From positions 22,690 to 86,689 of the forward strand of contig JBDREQ010000020.1 of the NCBI GenBank assembly GCA_043819555.1: a DNA stretch of 64,000 nucleotides, given 5' to 3'. Each line of letters starts with the position of its first letter. Within the stretch, counting starts at the first letter, position 1. Positions 19,293 to 29,709 of this stretch are shown here, piece after piece. Under the pieces are notes generated by a model. The model did not search any database and was not told where the DNA came from. It saw nothing but the letters and a program-made list of their open reading frames with translations. A program made the translations under genes and the position numbers. The DNA is from Candidatus Zixiibacteriota bacterium. Its GTDB lineage: Bacteria > Zixibacteria > MSB-5A5 > GN15 > JAAZOE01.

Positions 19293-21074
19293 ATGAACAG
19301 ACGCCATCTTGAGATTATTCTTTTTAGCGTATTAATCGTTTTTGCCACCGCTGTGCCAACGGCCGCACAAAACATCGACGCCAAAGAGTATCGACTCGAT
19401 AATGGAATGCAGGTATTAATGGTCGAAAGACACGAGGCTCCGACTATTATGGCTTCGATCTTTGCACGCGTCGGATCGGCCAATGAGGTTTCAGGTATAA
19501 CAGGAATTTCGCACCTCTTTGAACATATGATGTTTAAAGGTACGGAAATCATCGGAACCAAAGACATCAAGCGCGATCGGGAGATTATGGCACAGCTCGA
19601 TTCCTTGCGAGAATTACTGCAGGTTGAAGAATCAATTATGAGAGAGGATTTGCGTCGGGGAAGAATTACCGATATGCTGGACCCTGACGCTAAAACACCC
19701 AGATACCGCGAGATAGAAAAAGTATTTGACAGCCTGATTGTTGAACAGCGAGAATTAATCATAAAAGATCAACTTAATGAACAATATTCAAAACATGGGG
19801 GGTTTTTTCTGAATGCCTTTACAAATTATGATGCCACCGGTTATTTTGTACGCCTTCCCAAAAACAAAATCGAACTCTATATGTGGATGGAATCAGATCG
19901 TTTCAAAAATCCGGTTTTTCGTGAATTTTATTCAGAGCGGGATGTCGTTCGCGAGGAACGGCGATTGGGAGTGGAATCGACGCCGACCGGACTTATTGAA
20001 GAAGACTTTAGCGCTATGTTCTGGAAATCTTCTTCATACAATTGGGATGTTATAGGCTGGTCGTCAGATTTGGGAAGCATTACTCGGGCACAGGCCATGG
20101 ACTATTATGACACATATTATGCGCCAAATAACTTGACAATGATTCTGGTGGGGGATCTGAATCCGGATGAAATGATTAAAATGGTTAAGAAGTATTTTGA
20201 ACGAATTCCCCGCGGGACAATCGAACCTCCCGATGTCGTAACTCTTGAAGAAAAACAATATGGGGAAAAACGATTAAGCGCCGAAGCCGAAACCAGCCCC
20301 CTGGCTGAAATCTGGTATCACACCGTTGCCTGGAAAAATCCGGATAGCTACGCCTTTGAGGTTCTGGCCGGGATTCTAAATGGAAAAACCGGACGATTAT
20401 ACAATAAGTTAGTCGAAGAAAAAGGTATTGCAAAAAGTTCCGGAAGCGGTGGCGGCATGTTTGGCGGAAGTAATTTGGCCGTCAGCGGTCAGCAGGATTC
20501 CCGGAAGTATGCCGGGGCTTTTGCGTTTTCCGCGGAAGGATTATCCGGTGTTAAAGCCAAACAGCTTGAACAGGCAATGTATGAAGTCATTGAAGATCTC
20601 AGGAATAATCCCGTATCTGAACAGGAATTGCAAAAGGTCAAGAACCAGTTGCGGGTGGATAAGATCAAATTCATGGATATCATGTCGGGAATAGGCGTTT
20701 TATTTAACTTGGGTATGAATGCGGCAATGGGTGACTGGACGGAAGTCAATAATAATCCCGAAATGTGCGATTTGGTATCTGCCGAAGATATCCAGAGGGT
20801 AGCCAATAAGTATTTCACCGATGATCAGAAAAACGTTTTGATTATCAATGCCAAGGCTGCCGAAGGTTCCGAAGGTGCACCTGACCCTCAATTTGTTCAA
20901 ATGGTTCAGAGAATAAAATCAATGACCGATGCTGACCGACTCGAACAAATGATTGGGATGTTCTCCATGGGGATTGATCAGGCAGAAAACCCCGAAGAGA
21001 AGGCTCAAATGGAAGAAATATTGAAAATCGCCAATGATCATTTAAAAGAATTAAGGGCGGCCGAGAAGGAATAA
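19293..21074 (+). CDS. M16B zinc peptidase, catalytic subunit, with signal peptide
   Basis: HLFEH (HxxEH), NAFT and ERDVVREERR motifs; AGGAG RBS. Confidence 0.93.
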   Translation: MNRRHLEIILFSVLIVFATAVPTAAQNIDAKEYRLDNGMQVLMVERHEAPTIMASIFARVGSANEVSGITGISHLFEHMMFKGTEIIGTKDIKRDREIMAQLDSLRELLQVEESIMREDLRRGRITDMLDPDAKTPRYREIEKVFDSLIVEQRELIIKDQLNEQYSKHGGFFLNAFTNYDATGYFVRLPKNKIELYMWMESDRFKNPVFREFYSERDVVREERRLGVESTPTGLIEEDFSAMFWKSSSYNWDVIGWSSDLGSITRAQAMDYYDTYYAPNNLTMILVGDLNPDEMIKMVKKYFERIPRGTIEPPDVVTLEEKQYGEKRLSAEAETSPLAEIWYHTVAWKNPDSYAFEVLAGILNGKTGRLYNKLVEEKGIAKSSGSGGGMFGGSNLAVSGQQDSRKYAGAFAFSAEGLSGVKAKQLEQAMYEVIEDLRNNPVSEQELQKVKNQLRVDKIKFMDIMSGIGVLFNLGMNAAMGDWTEVNNNPEMCDLVSAEDIQRVANKYFTDDQKNVLIINAKAAEGSEGAPDPQFVQMVQRIKSMTDADRLEQMIGMFSMGIDQAENPEEKAQMEEILKIANDHLKELRAAEKE

Positions 21075-21099
21075 GGCACACGCCATAGGAGATACGAAC

Positions 21100-22608
21100 A
21101 TGAGAAGATTATCAAACTTGTTTTTATATCGGCCGGTCGCGCCGGCAATAGTTTTGGCGTTAATGGCCGTCATGATCTTCGGTTCAATCGCATGGGCCGA
21201 GGAAATCGTCAATCATCCCGACAAACTTACTTACGACGATCTAAACTATCAGCCACCTGGACCGGAGAAATATTATCATAAATTGGATTGCGGCGTGTCC
21301 GCGTACGTTGCCGAACATCACGAAGTTCCGACCTTTGATTTAACGATTTTGGTTCGCACAGGCTCGATTTATGACCCAGTAGAAAAAGCTGGTCTGGCTG
21401 ATATGGCAGGATACTTAATGCGCAATGGCGGAGTGGAAGGAATGACAGCCAGGGAAATCGATGAACACCTCGCTTTTTTGGCCGGTGAGGTATCGGTTGA
21501 TATCGGCGACACGCGCGGGTCAGCCAGTCTCTTTTGCCTGTCCAAAGATATCGATGAAGGACTGGAATTACTTAAGAAAATTCTCCGCAACCCTGTTTTT
21601 GGACAGGAAGCGCTGGATCTATATCGCACTGACATTCTCTCTGATTTAGAACAGCGAAATACATCTACTTCCGAGATTGAAACGCGGGAATGGCAATTTT
21701 TACTTTATGGCGACCATCCGCACACCATACCCTATCGCCGTACCGAGCAATCGGTAAATTCTATCACCCGCGAGGATTTAGTCGCCTTTCATCAAAAGTA
21801 CTTTTTCCCTGGTAATTTTATAATCGCCGTGTCCGGAGATTTTAACACCGATGAAATTCTCGCAAAACTGAATAATCTATTTGCGGATTGGTCAGATAAG
21901 GAATTGAATCTTCCGGAAATAAGCGATCAAATCCCCAATGCCAAACCGGGCGTATATTTAATTAAGAAAGATGACGTAAATCAATCTCGAATAAGGATCG
22001 GGCATTTCGGGGTAAAACGAGATATATCGGATCAATATGCGCTGGAGGTAATGAATAATATTCTTGGCGGCGGAGGGTTTACTTCACGTATTGTCAGACG
22101 GGTTCGGTCCGATGAGGGCCTGGCTTATAATGCCGGAAGCGCCTTTGACAAACTGGTTTTGTATCCGGGCACTTTCAGGGCATGGTTCCAGACCAAACAT
22201 TCCACTGCCGCATTTGGGACTGGTCTAATAGTTAAAGAGATAAATCGTATTCGCACGGAAAAATGCGAGGCGGAGATTGTTGATAATGCCAAAGCTAGTT
22301 TTGTTGGTAAACTGGTCAATCCCTTCAGCAGTAAGAATGCAATTGTTAACACTTTTGCCGATGATGAATATACCAGCCGACCAAAGGATTACTGGAAGAA
22401 CTACAAGAAAAATATGGAGGCGGTTACGCCGGATGATGTTTTGGCCGCCGCCCAGAAATATCTGCACCCTGATAAATTAGTATTTCTGGTAGTCGGCGAT
22501 CCCGACGCGGTTCAAAAGGGCTCAGATAAGCATGATGATAGTTTTGCAAATTTTGGCGAAATTACCATAATGCCTCTCCGAAATCCGATGACTTTGGAAT
22601 TTGAGTAG
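21100..22608 (+). CDS. M16B peptidase, non-catalytic partner subunit, with signal peptide
   Basis: M16 fold lacking HxxEH but with the R/Y pair in ILGGGGFTSRIVRRVRSDEGLAY; adjacent to the catalytic subunit. Confidence 0.88.
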   Translation: MRRLSNLFLYRPVAPAIVLALMAVMIFGSIAWAEEIVNHPDKLTYDDLNYQPPGPEKYYHKLDCGVSAYVAEHHEVPTFDLTILVRTGSIYDPVEKAGLADMAGYLMRNGGVEGMTAREIDEHLAFLAGEVSVDIGDTRGSASLFCLSKDIDEGLELLKKILRNPVFGQEALDLYRTDILSDLEQRNTSTSEIETREWQFLLYGDHPHTIPYRRTEQSVNSITREDLVAFHQKYFFPGNFIIAVSGDFNTDEILAKLNNLFADWSDKELNLPEISDQIPNAKPGVYLIKKDDVNQSRIRIGHFGVKRDISDQYALEVMNNILGGGGFTSRIVRRVRSDEGLAYNAGSAFDKLVLYPGTFRAWFQTKHSTAAFGTGLIVKEINRIRTEKCEAEIVDNAKASFVGKLVNPFSSKNAIVNTFADDEYTSRPKDYWKNYKKNMEAVTPDDVLAAAQKYLHPDKLVFLVVGDPDAVQKGSDKHDDSFANFGEITIMPLRNPMTLEFE

Positions 22609-22626
22609 TAAATTATTCTATACAAT

Positions 22627-22656
22627 GAAAGTAGTCCCTGACAGGGGGCTACTTTC
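22627..22656. terminator. Hairpin between convergent genes
   Basis: GAAAGTAGTCCC-TGACAG-GGGGCTACTTTC. Confidence 0.6.
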
Positions 22657-22676
22657 TGAAATTCCAATAATATTAT

Positions 22677-23876
22677 TTATTCGTGATAAAGAGCCCCAAT
22701 TACTTCAACCTGGGCCGCCCTTATGGCCGGATAAAGTCCGGAGACAACGCCTATGCCAATACAAATCAAGACCGAATAGAGAATCCAGTACCAGGGTAAA
22801 ATTAATTCGGCTCCGATAATAAATTTATTTATTGCCATTCCGGCAACGATTCCAATAATGCCGCCAACTACTCCGAGGGCTATTGACTCGGTAACAAACT
22901 GGATCAAAATCATTCGCCGATTAGCTCCCACAGCCCGGCGTATCCCGATTTCGCGAGTTCTCTCCGTCACAGAAACCAGCATGACATTGGCGATTCCTAT
23001 TCCCCCGACGCCAAGAGAAATGAGGGCAATTAGAATAATAAATCGTGCCAATTCTTCATTGGTGTCCTGGATCGTAGATAAAAAGAAATCCTGCCGGCGC
23101 ACTCGAAAATCATTATCCTGATCGGGGCGTAAACGGTGGTTGCGCCTTAAGATATGCTCAATATCAAAAAGAGCCTCATCATTATCATCAGCAGATGTTA
23201 TCTGGGCCAGTATATTGCTAAGATGATCGACTCCGTAGAGCCGCTCCTGAGCGGTGGTCAATGGTATAAATACCTGATCGTCAGGATTTGACCAGCCTTC
23301 GCCCTTAGCCTCAAGTAGTCCGATAACTTCAAATCGTTTCGATTTTATTAATATTGTTTTGCCAAGCGCGGCGTCTTCTCCGAATAATTCGGTTTGTACC
23401 GTGGCGCCCAGAATACAAACCTGAGATCGCTCGCGCATTTCAATTTCGGAAAAAAATCTTCCTTCAATCGGGGAGCTGTTGTTGACTGCCGCGTATTCGG
23501 GTGTAGTTCCGGTTACGCGCGTGTTGTAATTTTTATCCCGGTACTCAGCCATCGCAGAGGCCGAATAGGTCGGAACCGCGGTTGTAATTATTTTTGAGGA
23601 ATTTTGTATTTCCCGGGCATCATTCCAGGTAAGATTAACGACGCTGGCCGAAGTCCTGACTCCGTGCATATGGGAAAATCCAGGCCGAATCATGAGGACA
23701 TTAGAGCCAAGCGATTCTAACCTCTCGTTAATTCTCTTTTTGGTTATTTCTCCTAAAACAACAACATAAAGTACGGCGGCAATTCCAACGGCGATTCCAA
23801 TTAGGGTCAAAATCGAACGCAGAGGATTTGCGCGGAGGCTCTGGAAAGCGACTTTCATATTTTCCAATAATATCAT
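22677..23876 (-). CDS. MacB-family ABC permease without a fused ATPase
   Basis: LRSILTLIGIAVG, GGIGIANVMLVSVTERTREIGIRRAVGA and GLYPA motifs; start reassigned to MILLEN at 23876. Confidence 0.9.
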   Translation of the reverse strand: MILLENMKVAFQSLRANPLRSILTLIGIAVGIAAVLYVVVLGEITKKRINERLESLGSNVLMIRPGFSHMHGVRTSASVVNLTWNDAREIQNSSKIITTAVPTYSASAMAEYRDKNYNTRVTGTTPEYAAVNNSSPIEGRFFSEIEMRERSQVCILGATVQTELFGEDAALGKTILIKSKRFEVIGLLEAKGEGWSNPDDQVFIPLTTAQERLYGVDHLSNILAQITSADDNDEALFDIEHILRRNHRLRPDQDNDFRVRRQDFFLSTIQDTNEELARFIILIALISLGVGGIGIANVMLVSVTERTREIGIRRAVGANRRMILIQFVTESIALGVVGGIIGIVAGMAINKFIIGAELILPWYWILYSVLICIGIGVVSGLYPAIRAAQVEVIGALYHE

Positions 23877-23904
23877 ATCATTTTTCCGACATATATAAAT
23901 TTGA

Positions 23905-25092
23905 TTATCGCCGCCCCGAGGTAGAATTTGAATCAGACGTCCCAAAACCTCGCGTGCTTCTAATTCTCTGTTCCATCCGATCATTTTCGGCCTTAAGCCG
24001 CGAGTCCATCGGTACACCCAATATATCTCCTTGCTTTAGCCCGGAAATGACAATGGCCTGCTTGAAATCATAAAGTCCAATTTCAATTTCACGCGACACG
24101 AATTCCCCATTCTCTTTGACGAGCGCATTGCGCAAAGAGCGGTTTATGCCCGCGGGATCCGAAATCATTAATGCCATCATCGGCGCAATCAATACATCAT
24201 CTTGTTCGACAATCGTGATTTCTACCGAAGCGTTCATTCCTGACTTAAGCATGCCATCAGTGTTCTCCACTTCAATTATAACATCAAAAAGTGTTACATT
24301 CTGCTCGATCCGGGCTTCGGGCGACATTCGAATTATGCTGCCGCGGAATTTTTTAAATGGATAGGCTTCCGCCGTGACATTTGCCTCTTGGTTAATTTGA
24401 ATTTTTCCGACATCGATTTCGTCTATTCCGGCTGTTATGTAAACGTGATTCATATCCGCTACTGCCACGATTGGAGTCCCACCGCTGACGTTATTAATGC
24501 CTGAAGAGATAATTTGCCCCGCTTCAACGAATTTTTTGAGAATAACGCCGTCAATCGGGGCGCGCACGATGGTTTCGCTCAATCGCACTTCGGCTTGATT
24601 ACGCGCGATTCGGGTTCTGACAAGTTTGCCTTTTGCCTGAGCCAGCGACAGTTCGACTCGGTCGAGCTCCTGCCGGGATATGAGATGCTTATCAAATAGT
24701 TCTTTCTGGCGGCTGAAATCATTTTCAGTCTGAGTCAATTCCGCCTCCGCAATATCCAAATCCGCCTGGGTTTGATCGACTTCAGCCTGTACATCGGTTT
24801 TATCGAGGCGGCAGATTAACTCATCTTTTTTGATAAAATCACCTTCCTCAACGGGCAAATATTCTATTCTCCCGCTAGCCTTAGATTTTATTTCAATTCT
24901 ATCAATCGGGTTGACTACACCCGAAGCCGTAACCGAAATCCTGAAATCACTGCGCATAATTTCATATTCCTTATACTTAGTCACTCCGCCATCGGGGTTG
25001 TTTTGTCGATTACTGCCATATTGAGCAATTGCGAAAACAATAATGAGGATAACAGCCAGCCCAGTGGTAAATTTCCATCCCGAAATTTTCAT
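23905..25092 (-). CDS. MacA/HlyD-like periplasmic adaptor (membrane fusion protein)
   Basis: N-terminal TM, lipoyl half-motifs (IKSKASGRI..VEEGD; RAPIDGVI) and a helical hairpin; AGGAG RBS before ATG 25092. Confidence 0.9.
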   Translation of the reverse strand: MKISGWKFTTGLAVILIIVFAIAQYGSNRQNNPDGGVTKYKEYEIMRSDFRISVTASGVVNPIDRIEIKSKASGRIEYLPVEEGDFIKKDELICRLDKTDVQAEVDQTQADLDIAEAELTQTENDFSRQKELFDKHLISRQELDRVELSLAQAKGKLVRTRIARNQAEVRLSETIVRAPIDGVILKKFVEAGQIISSGINNVSGGTPIVAVADMNHVYITAGIDEIDVGKIQINQEANVTAEAYPFKKFRGSIIRMSPEARIEQNVTLFDVIIEVENTDGMLKSGMNASVEITIVEQDDVLIAPMMALMISDPAGINRSLRNALVKENGEFVSREIEIGLYDFKQAIVISGLKQGDILGVPMDSRLKAENDRMEQRIRSTRGFGTSDSNSTSGRR

Positions 25093-25284
25093 AAAACTCC
25101 TTATCAATTCAATGCAAAATACATATACGCAAAATATAGATGGCCTTTTGATGAAAATCAATCCCGTTTGATTGATTTATACAGGAATCAATTATTTTTG
25201 GTCGCACATTAAATAGATCAAACGGTCTTATAGGCCATTTTCGTATTTTGGCATATGGGCTCAAATAAAGTTGAGGAGAAATCA

Positions 25285-25869
25285 ATGAGCAATAATGTAA
25301 ATGCTGCTGCTCAAATTGAAATGGAAAAAGCAATCGAGGAAATATCAAAGTACCGGGCAAAGATACGCGAATTGAGAAAAAGTCTGCCGCCGGAAGAAAT
25401 CGGACAATACCAGTTTACTGACGGTAACGGGAATAAAGTATCTTTATCGAGCCTTTTCGGGAATAAAAAAGACCTCATAATCGTTCATAATATGGGAAAG
25501 GGTTGTCCCTATTGCACTCTTTGGGCTGATGGATTCAACGGCGTATATCAACATTTGGAAAACCGGGCTGGATTCGCGGTTGTTTCTCCCGATAAGCCGG
25601 AAACTATGAAGGAATTTTCTCGGGGCCGAAATTGGAAATTCAGGATATTATCCAACGCCAAAGGGAACTTCACCAAAGATATGGGATATGAGGACGAAAA
25701 AGGCAACCCGCATCCCGGTATTTCGACGTTTCATCGCGATTCCGATGGCAAAATCTATCGCATTTCACACGCTCCTTTTGGGCCGGGTGATGATTTCTGC
25801 GCTGTATGGTATATGTTTGATATGCTTCAAGGCGGAGCAAATGGCTGGCAACCTAAGTACATGTATTAA
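25285..25869 (+). CDS. DUF899 family thioredoxin-like protein
   Basis: SLSSLFG.KKDLI.VHNMG..CPYCTLWADG; GAGGAG RBS. Confidence 0.82.
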   Translation: MSNNVNAAAQIEMEKAIEEISKYRAKIRELRKSLPPEEIGQYQFTDGNGNKVSLSSLFGNKKDLIIVHNMGKGCPYCTLWADGFNGVYQHLENRAGFAVVSPDKPETMKEFSRGRNWKFRILSNAKGNFTKDMGYEDEKGNPHPGISTFHRDSDGKIYRISHAPFGPGDDFCAVWYMFDMLQGGANGWQPKYMY

Positions 25870-26185
25870 AAGTGGTTCAAACGTTCCTTGTTTTTGAAAC
25901 AGGAAAGGAGAACCGTTATCTTACAACGCAGACAAAATACTCTAAAAAACTCATTGCATAAATTCCGAAAATATCTATTTTAAAATAGATAACCACCTCG
26001 TATCCTTCACCTACTGAAATTCTATTGCCATAGTTCGATAGAATTGGGTATGTCATGGCTAAATCAGTATTTACATTATGAAATTAATTATGTGACAAAG
26101 TCGGATTCCGAAATACTAAATGCGAGCTGTTATAAATACAGAGTATTGATCATTCGGCCATAATAAATTTACCTGGGAGGGCATT

Positions 26186-28945
26186 ATGAAATCATGGAGA
26201 CATTTTATTGGTGGCGCCGTTTGTATTCTGACGATCATTGCGGGGATTGACTGCATGGCTCAGGACCCGGGGCTTCCTGATACCGTTAAAATCGAGGGGG
26301 GACCGCTGATTGTCGGAAGATCAATCCCTCTCGCATTTACTGTTGTAAATGATGAATTCGTCCGGGGGAATACATCCGGCCTATTAATTTTCTCAAATGA
26401 TGGCGGTTGCGCCAGCTATGATTCGGTCGTTTATATTAATCGCCAAAATGACCCATCTGTTATGGATTTTAGGTTGGTCAGATCGCGAAAGGAAACCTGT
26501 ATTGGAAATGATAGCCTTCATGTCGTCAATGGCACCTGGTTCGGAAATCCCCTGCCTCCCGGAAGTGATCCAATTCTCCTTCTTTATTTCACGGGTATCA
26601 ACACCGGTCATATAACCATTGATTCTTCCTATTTTCCGCCCGGGGCTCCGTTTGCGTTGCAACGGTGGGATTACATCAATGGCTATACGCCGCAATTTAC
26701 ATCAACCACTATTGAGATTATCGAAGGAACATTGCCTCCGGAAATTGCAGTTCCCGATGGTTATCTCTCTACAACCGCCGGAGAAAGCATTAGTTTTGAA
26801 ATTGGAGGATATTCACCTGAAGATTTCCCAATCACTCTTGAACTGATTGGCATGAAAGGTTTCGACGATGACGCAAGGTTACCGGAAAATTTACCAACTT
26901 TGAGCGAAGAGAATCCGGCGCTCTTCGAATGGTATGTTACTTCCAATGACATTGGCATCTGGACCGCCTTATTTAGAGTCTGTGATACCGAGGGATTATG
27001 CGTTGTCGACAGCGTCGTTATTCAGGTTGTGGGAAGCGCACCCTATTTAATTACCATGAACATACAAGAAATAATGGGTGTTTGTAATGCCAACAGTTTA
27101 GCCCACGGTAATTTCGATGAAGACGACAATCCAGAATTATTTATCAGCGGAACCGGGAGTAATTTAACTCCTACCATGGAGCTGTACGATTTTAATTCTT
27201 CGGAAGGTTGGCAACGAGTATTTGCACATAAAGACCTGGAACCGAAATTTGGCTCACAAGCGGGTTATTTTAATGGCGACAGTAATTTGGATGTTTTCTT
27301 AATGGGATTTGAAAACGGGCCATACCGAGTTCTTACCGCTGAAGGAGATGGCGCTAATTCTTTTGCGCTTTCAGGATTTGAAAATGATGGCCATGTAACG
27401 CGCAATATTATCAGTGGAGAATTTACGGGTGATAATTATATCGATGTCGCCTCAACATGGCACGACGGTGTTCGGATTTATGCCGGCAATAATCAGGGTG
27501 ATTTTTCATATATCTCCATAATTCCCACTTCCGACTCTGCGGTTACTGTAAACTCCGCCGATTTTAATGGTGATGGAATCGATGATTTGGCTATTGGTAC
27601 TAAAAGCGGTATAAAAATATATCTTGGCGACGGGACTGCTGGATTTAATGAAGTGGAATTTCATCCACAAGTGTATGCCACTCTGGATGTCGAGATTACC
27701 AACAACGGCAGTGATTTCAATAACGATAATATTTACGATCTGTGTATCTCCACGCCATCTGTTGGAGGCGAAAGAAGTGAAATTGTTATTTATCTTGGCA
27801 ATGGGGATGGTACGTTCAGCCAGCATGTGATTCGCGATATCACGGGACAAGTTTTTGGCAATTGCGTTGGCGATTTTAATAACGATAGTCGACTCGATAT
27901 TGCGTTCGTCAATGGCTCCCAAAAATATGTCGGTATTTTATTTGGCGAAGGGGATGCCACATTTTCAAATGAGATGAGATATGAAGTTAAAAATCATATC
28001 CCCAGATATATTGATTGTTTTGATGCTGATCTGGATGGCGATCTCGATATAATAGTCGCATCTATTACCGTGGACCAGGGAAATTCGCTTTATTATCTGG
28101 AAAATCAGACAAATCCAGATGGTTACTTGCCCCAGTCACTAACATTGACCGCATTTGATAACGCCACCATTGAACTCAATTCTGCGGACGGGAAAGTATT
28201 CAATCGGATAAAAAACGTGATGCCTTCGGGAGATTATTATCGCCGCAATGTCGATCTTGATGATGATATGGATGATTTTATCTCCATGGGCGTCGTCGAA
28301 AATGAGGCTTATTCGCTCAAAGCGTTCCCTAAATCAGATAAATCAATAGGAGAGACATTCTCACTGGAATTTACTATTAATGGGCGGCTCTACCGCCTGG
28401 CCAAAGATATGCCAATGCGGTCCGAAGGTTATCAGTTTACGTTTTACGCAGGCGATGATTTTCCCGCTATGCCTCGGCCGGGGAAAATTACGCATATAAA
28501 TCCGCCAACCTTTATGTGGCAGGGGGAAGGACCGTTTCATTTTCAATTAGCCCGCGACTATGATTTCAATAACGTACTTTATGATTTGACAATTTACGGA
28601 AACGAATATACGACCGACGGCCTGTTGGACGTGATTGACACAACTACATATTATTGGCGGATTAAACCGGTGGGCGAGCCCGAATACGATTGCCTGTATG
28701 TTATCAGTTTATACCTCAATCCGGGCAATCATTGCGGCGACGCCAATGATGATGGAATTGTAAACATCGGCGATGCGGTATTTCTCATCAACCATATATT
28801 CAAAGGCGGACAGGCGCCATATCCTTTAGAAATAGGCGATGCCAATTGCGATGGTAACACAAATGTAGGAGACGCTGTTTATATCATTAATGTTGTATTC
28901 AAGGGCGGACCGGGTATATGTGACAATTGTGATATAGCATGGTAG
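26186..28945 (+). CDS. Secreted protein: cohesin-like N-terminus, Ig-like domain, FG-GAP/VCBS repeats and C-terminal dockerin
   Basis: GGAGG RBS and signal peptide; about 7 DFNGDG..D-type repeats with YLG.G; dockerin at 28733-28921. Confidence 0.85.
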   Translation: MKSWRHFIGGAVCILTIIAGIDCMAQDPGLPDTVKIEGGPLIVGRSIPLAFTVVNDEFVRGNTSGLLIFSNDGGCASYDSVVYINRQNDPSVMDFRLVRSRKETCIGNDSLHVVNGTWFGNPLPPGSDPILLLYFTGINTGHITIDSSYFPPGAPFALQRWDYINGYTPQFTSTTIEIIEGTLPPEIAVPDGYLSTTAGESISFEIGGYSPEDFPITLELIGMKGFDDDARLPENLPTLSEENPALFEWYVTSNDIGIWTALFRVCDTEGLCVVDSVVIQVVGSAPYLITMNIQEIMGVCNANSLAHGNFDEDDNPELFISGTGSNLTPTMELYDFNSSEGWQRVFAHKDLEPKFGSQAGYFNGDSNLDVFLMGFENGPYRVLTAEGDGANSFALSGFENDGHVTRNIISGEFTGDNYIDVASTWHDGVRIYAGNNQGDFSYISIIPTSDSAVTVNSADFNGDGIDDLAIGTKSGIKIYLGDGTAGFNEVEFHPQVYATLDVEITNNGSDFNNDNIYDLCISTPSVGGERSEIVIYLGNGDGTFSQHVIRDITGQVFGNCVGDFNNDSRLDIAFVNGSQKYVGILFGEGDATFSNEMRYEVKNHIPRYIDCFDADLDGDLDIIVASITVDQGNSLYYLENQTNPDGYLPQSLTLTAFDNATIELNSADGKVFNRIKNVMPSGDYYRRNVDLDDDMDDFISMGVVENEAYSLKAFPKSDKSIGETFSLEFTINGRLYRLAKDMPMRSEGYQFTFYAGDDFPAMPRPGKITHINPPTFMWQGEGPFHFQLARDYDFNNVLYDLTIYGNEYTTDGLLDVIDTTTYYWRIKPVGEPEYDCLYVISLYLNPGNHCGDANDDGIVNIGDAVFLINHIFKGGQAPYPLEIGDANCDGNTNVGDAVYIINVVFKGGPGICDNCDIAW

Positions 28946-28995
28946 ATGGTCGCAATACGAGAATTTTTGGCATTAAGATTATATATAGAGATATT

Positions 28996-29030
28996 AGCTC
29001 CACAATTATGGTGAAATTGTGGAGCTTTTT
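28996..29030 (+). terminator. Intrinsic terminator
   Basis: AGCTCCACAATT-ATGGTGA-AATTGTGGAGCT followed by TTTT. Confidence 0.75.
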
Positions 29031-29165
29031 GTGAAGTATATTTCATTGAAGTAAATTCGAAAAAATGGGTAATAATACCGCTCTGTGGAAAACACATTTA
29101 ATTAAAATGGGTTGTAATACTTAAAAATATGATTTTCATAATGCAATCAAGTGTGGAGACATGAA

Positions 29166-29582
29166 ATGGCAGAAAACAAAACTCAACCAACCAAGCGAAG
29201 CGTAGAAAAGTTCTTATCCGGAATAACCCCCGATAAAAAGCGAGAGGATTCTTTGGTTCTATTGGAATTGATGAAAAAGGCTACCGGGGAAAAACCGCAA
29301 ATGTGGGGCGATAGTATTATTGGTTTTGGGACTTATCATTACAAATATGCGAGCGGACGCGAGGGTGATTTTTTAATGACCGGGTTTTCACCTCGAAAGC
29401 AAAATCTGACGGTCTATATTATGCCGGGATTCGATCGGTTTGCGGATTTAATGGGAAAATTGGGTAAATTTAAAATTTCAAAATCATGCCTGTATATTAA
29501 AAACCTTGAGGATGTCGACATCTCAGTTTTAAAGAAATTGATAAAACAATCAATGGATTACATGATCAAGATTTATAAGTAA
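29166..29582 (+). CDS. DUF1801 (YdhG-like) protein
   Basis: MAENKTQPT..MWGDSIIGFG.YHYKYASGREG..GFSPRK..SCLYIK.L. Confidence 0.88.
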   Translation: MAENKTQPTKRSVEKFLSGITPDKKREDSLVLLELMKKATGEKPQMWGDSIIGFGTYHYKYASGREGDFLMTGFSPRKQNLTVYIMPGFDRFADLMGKLGKFKISKSCLYIKNLEDVDISVLKKLIKQSMDYMIKIYK

Positions 29583-29709
29583 TCACTAATTAACGCCAAT
29601 ATATTCATCAACAACGGCTTCGGGGCAGAACTGCAGTATCAATTTTTCAATTAATTTTCCGATAAATGTATAATAGGAATTGAATTAAAGGCAAGACAGG
29701 AATACTTTA

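Noticed and set aside
19100-19762. 600-aa ORF call 17960..19762 suggesting a long gene overlapping the M16 peptidase
   Set aside because: The extension is an antisense shadow of the M16 gene. MBL-like sequence begins near 19099, and a TTGACC-17-TATTAT promoter-like element sits just upstream of that start.
23877-24017. N-terminal extension of the MacB-like ORF overlapping macA
   Set aside because: MacB-like sequence starts at MILLEN (23876); the extension is an incidental open frame
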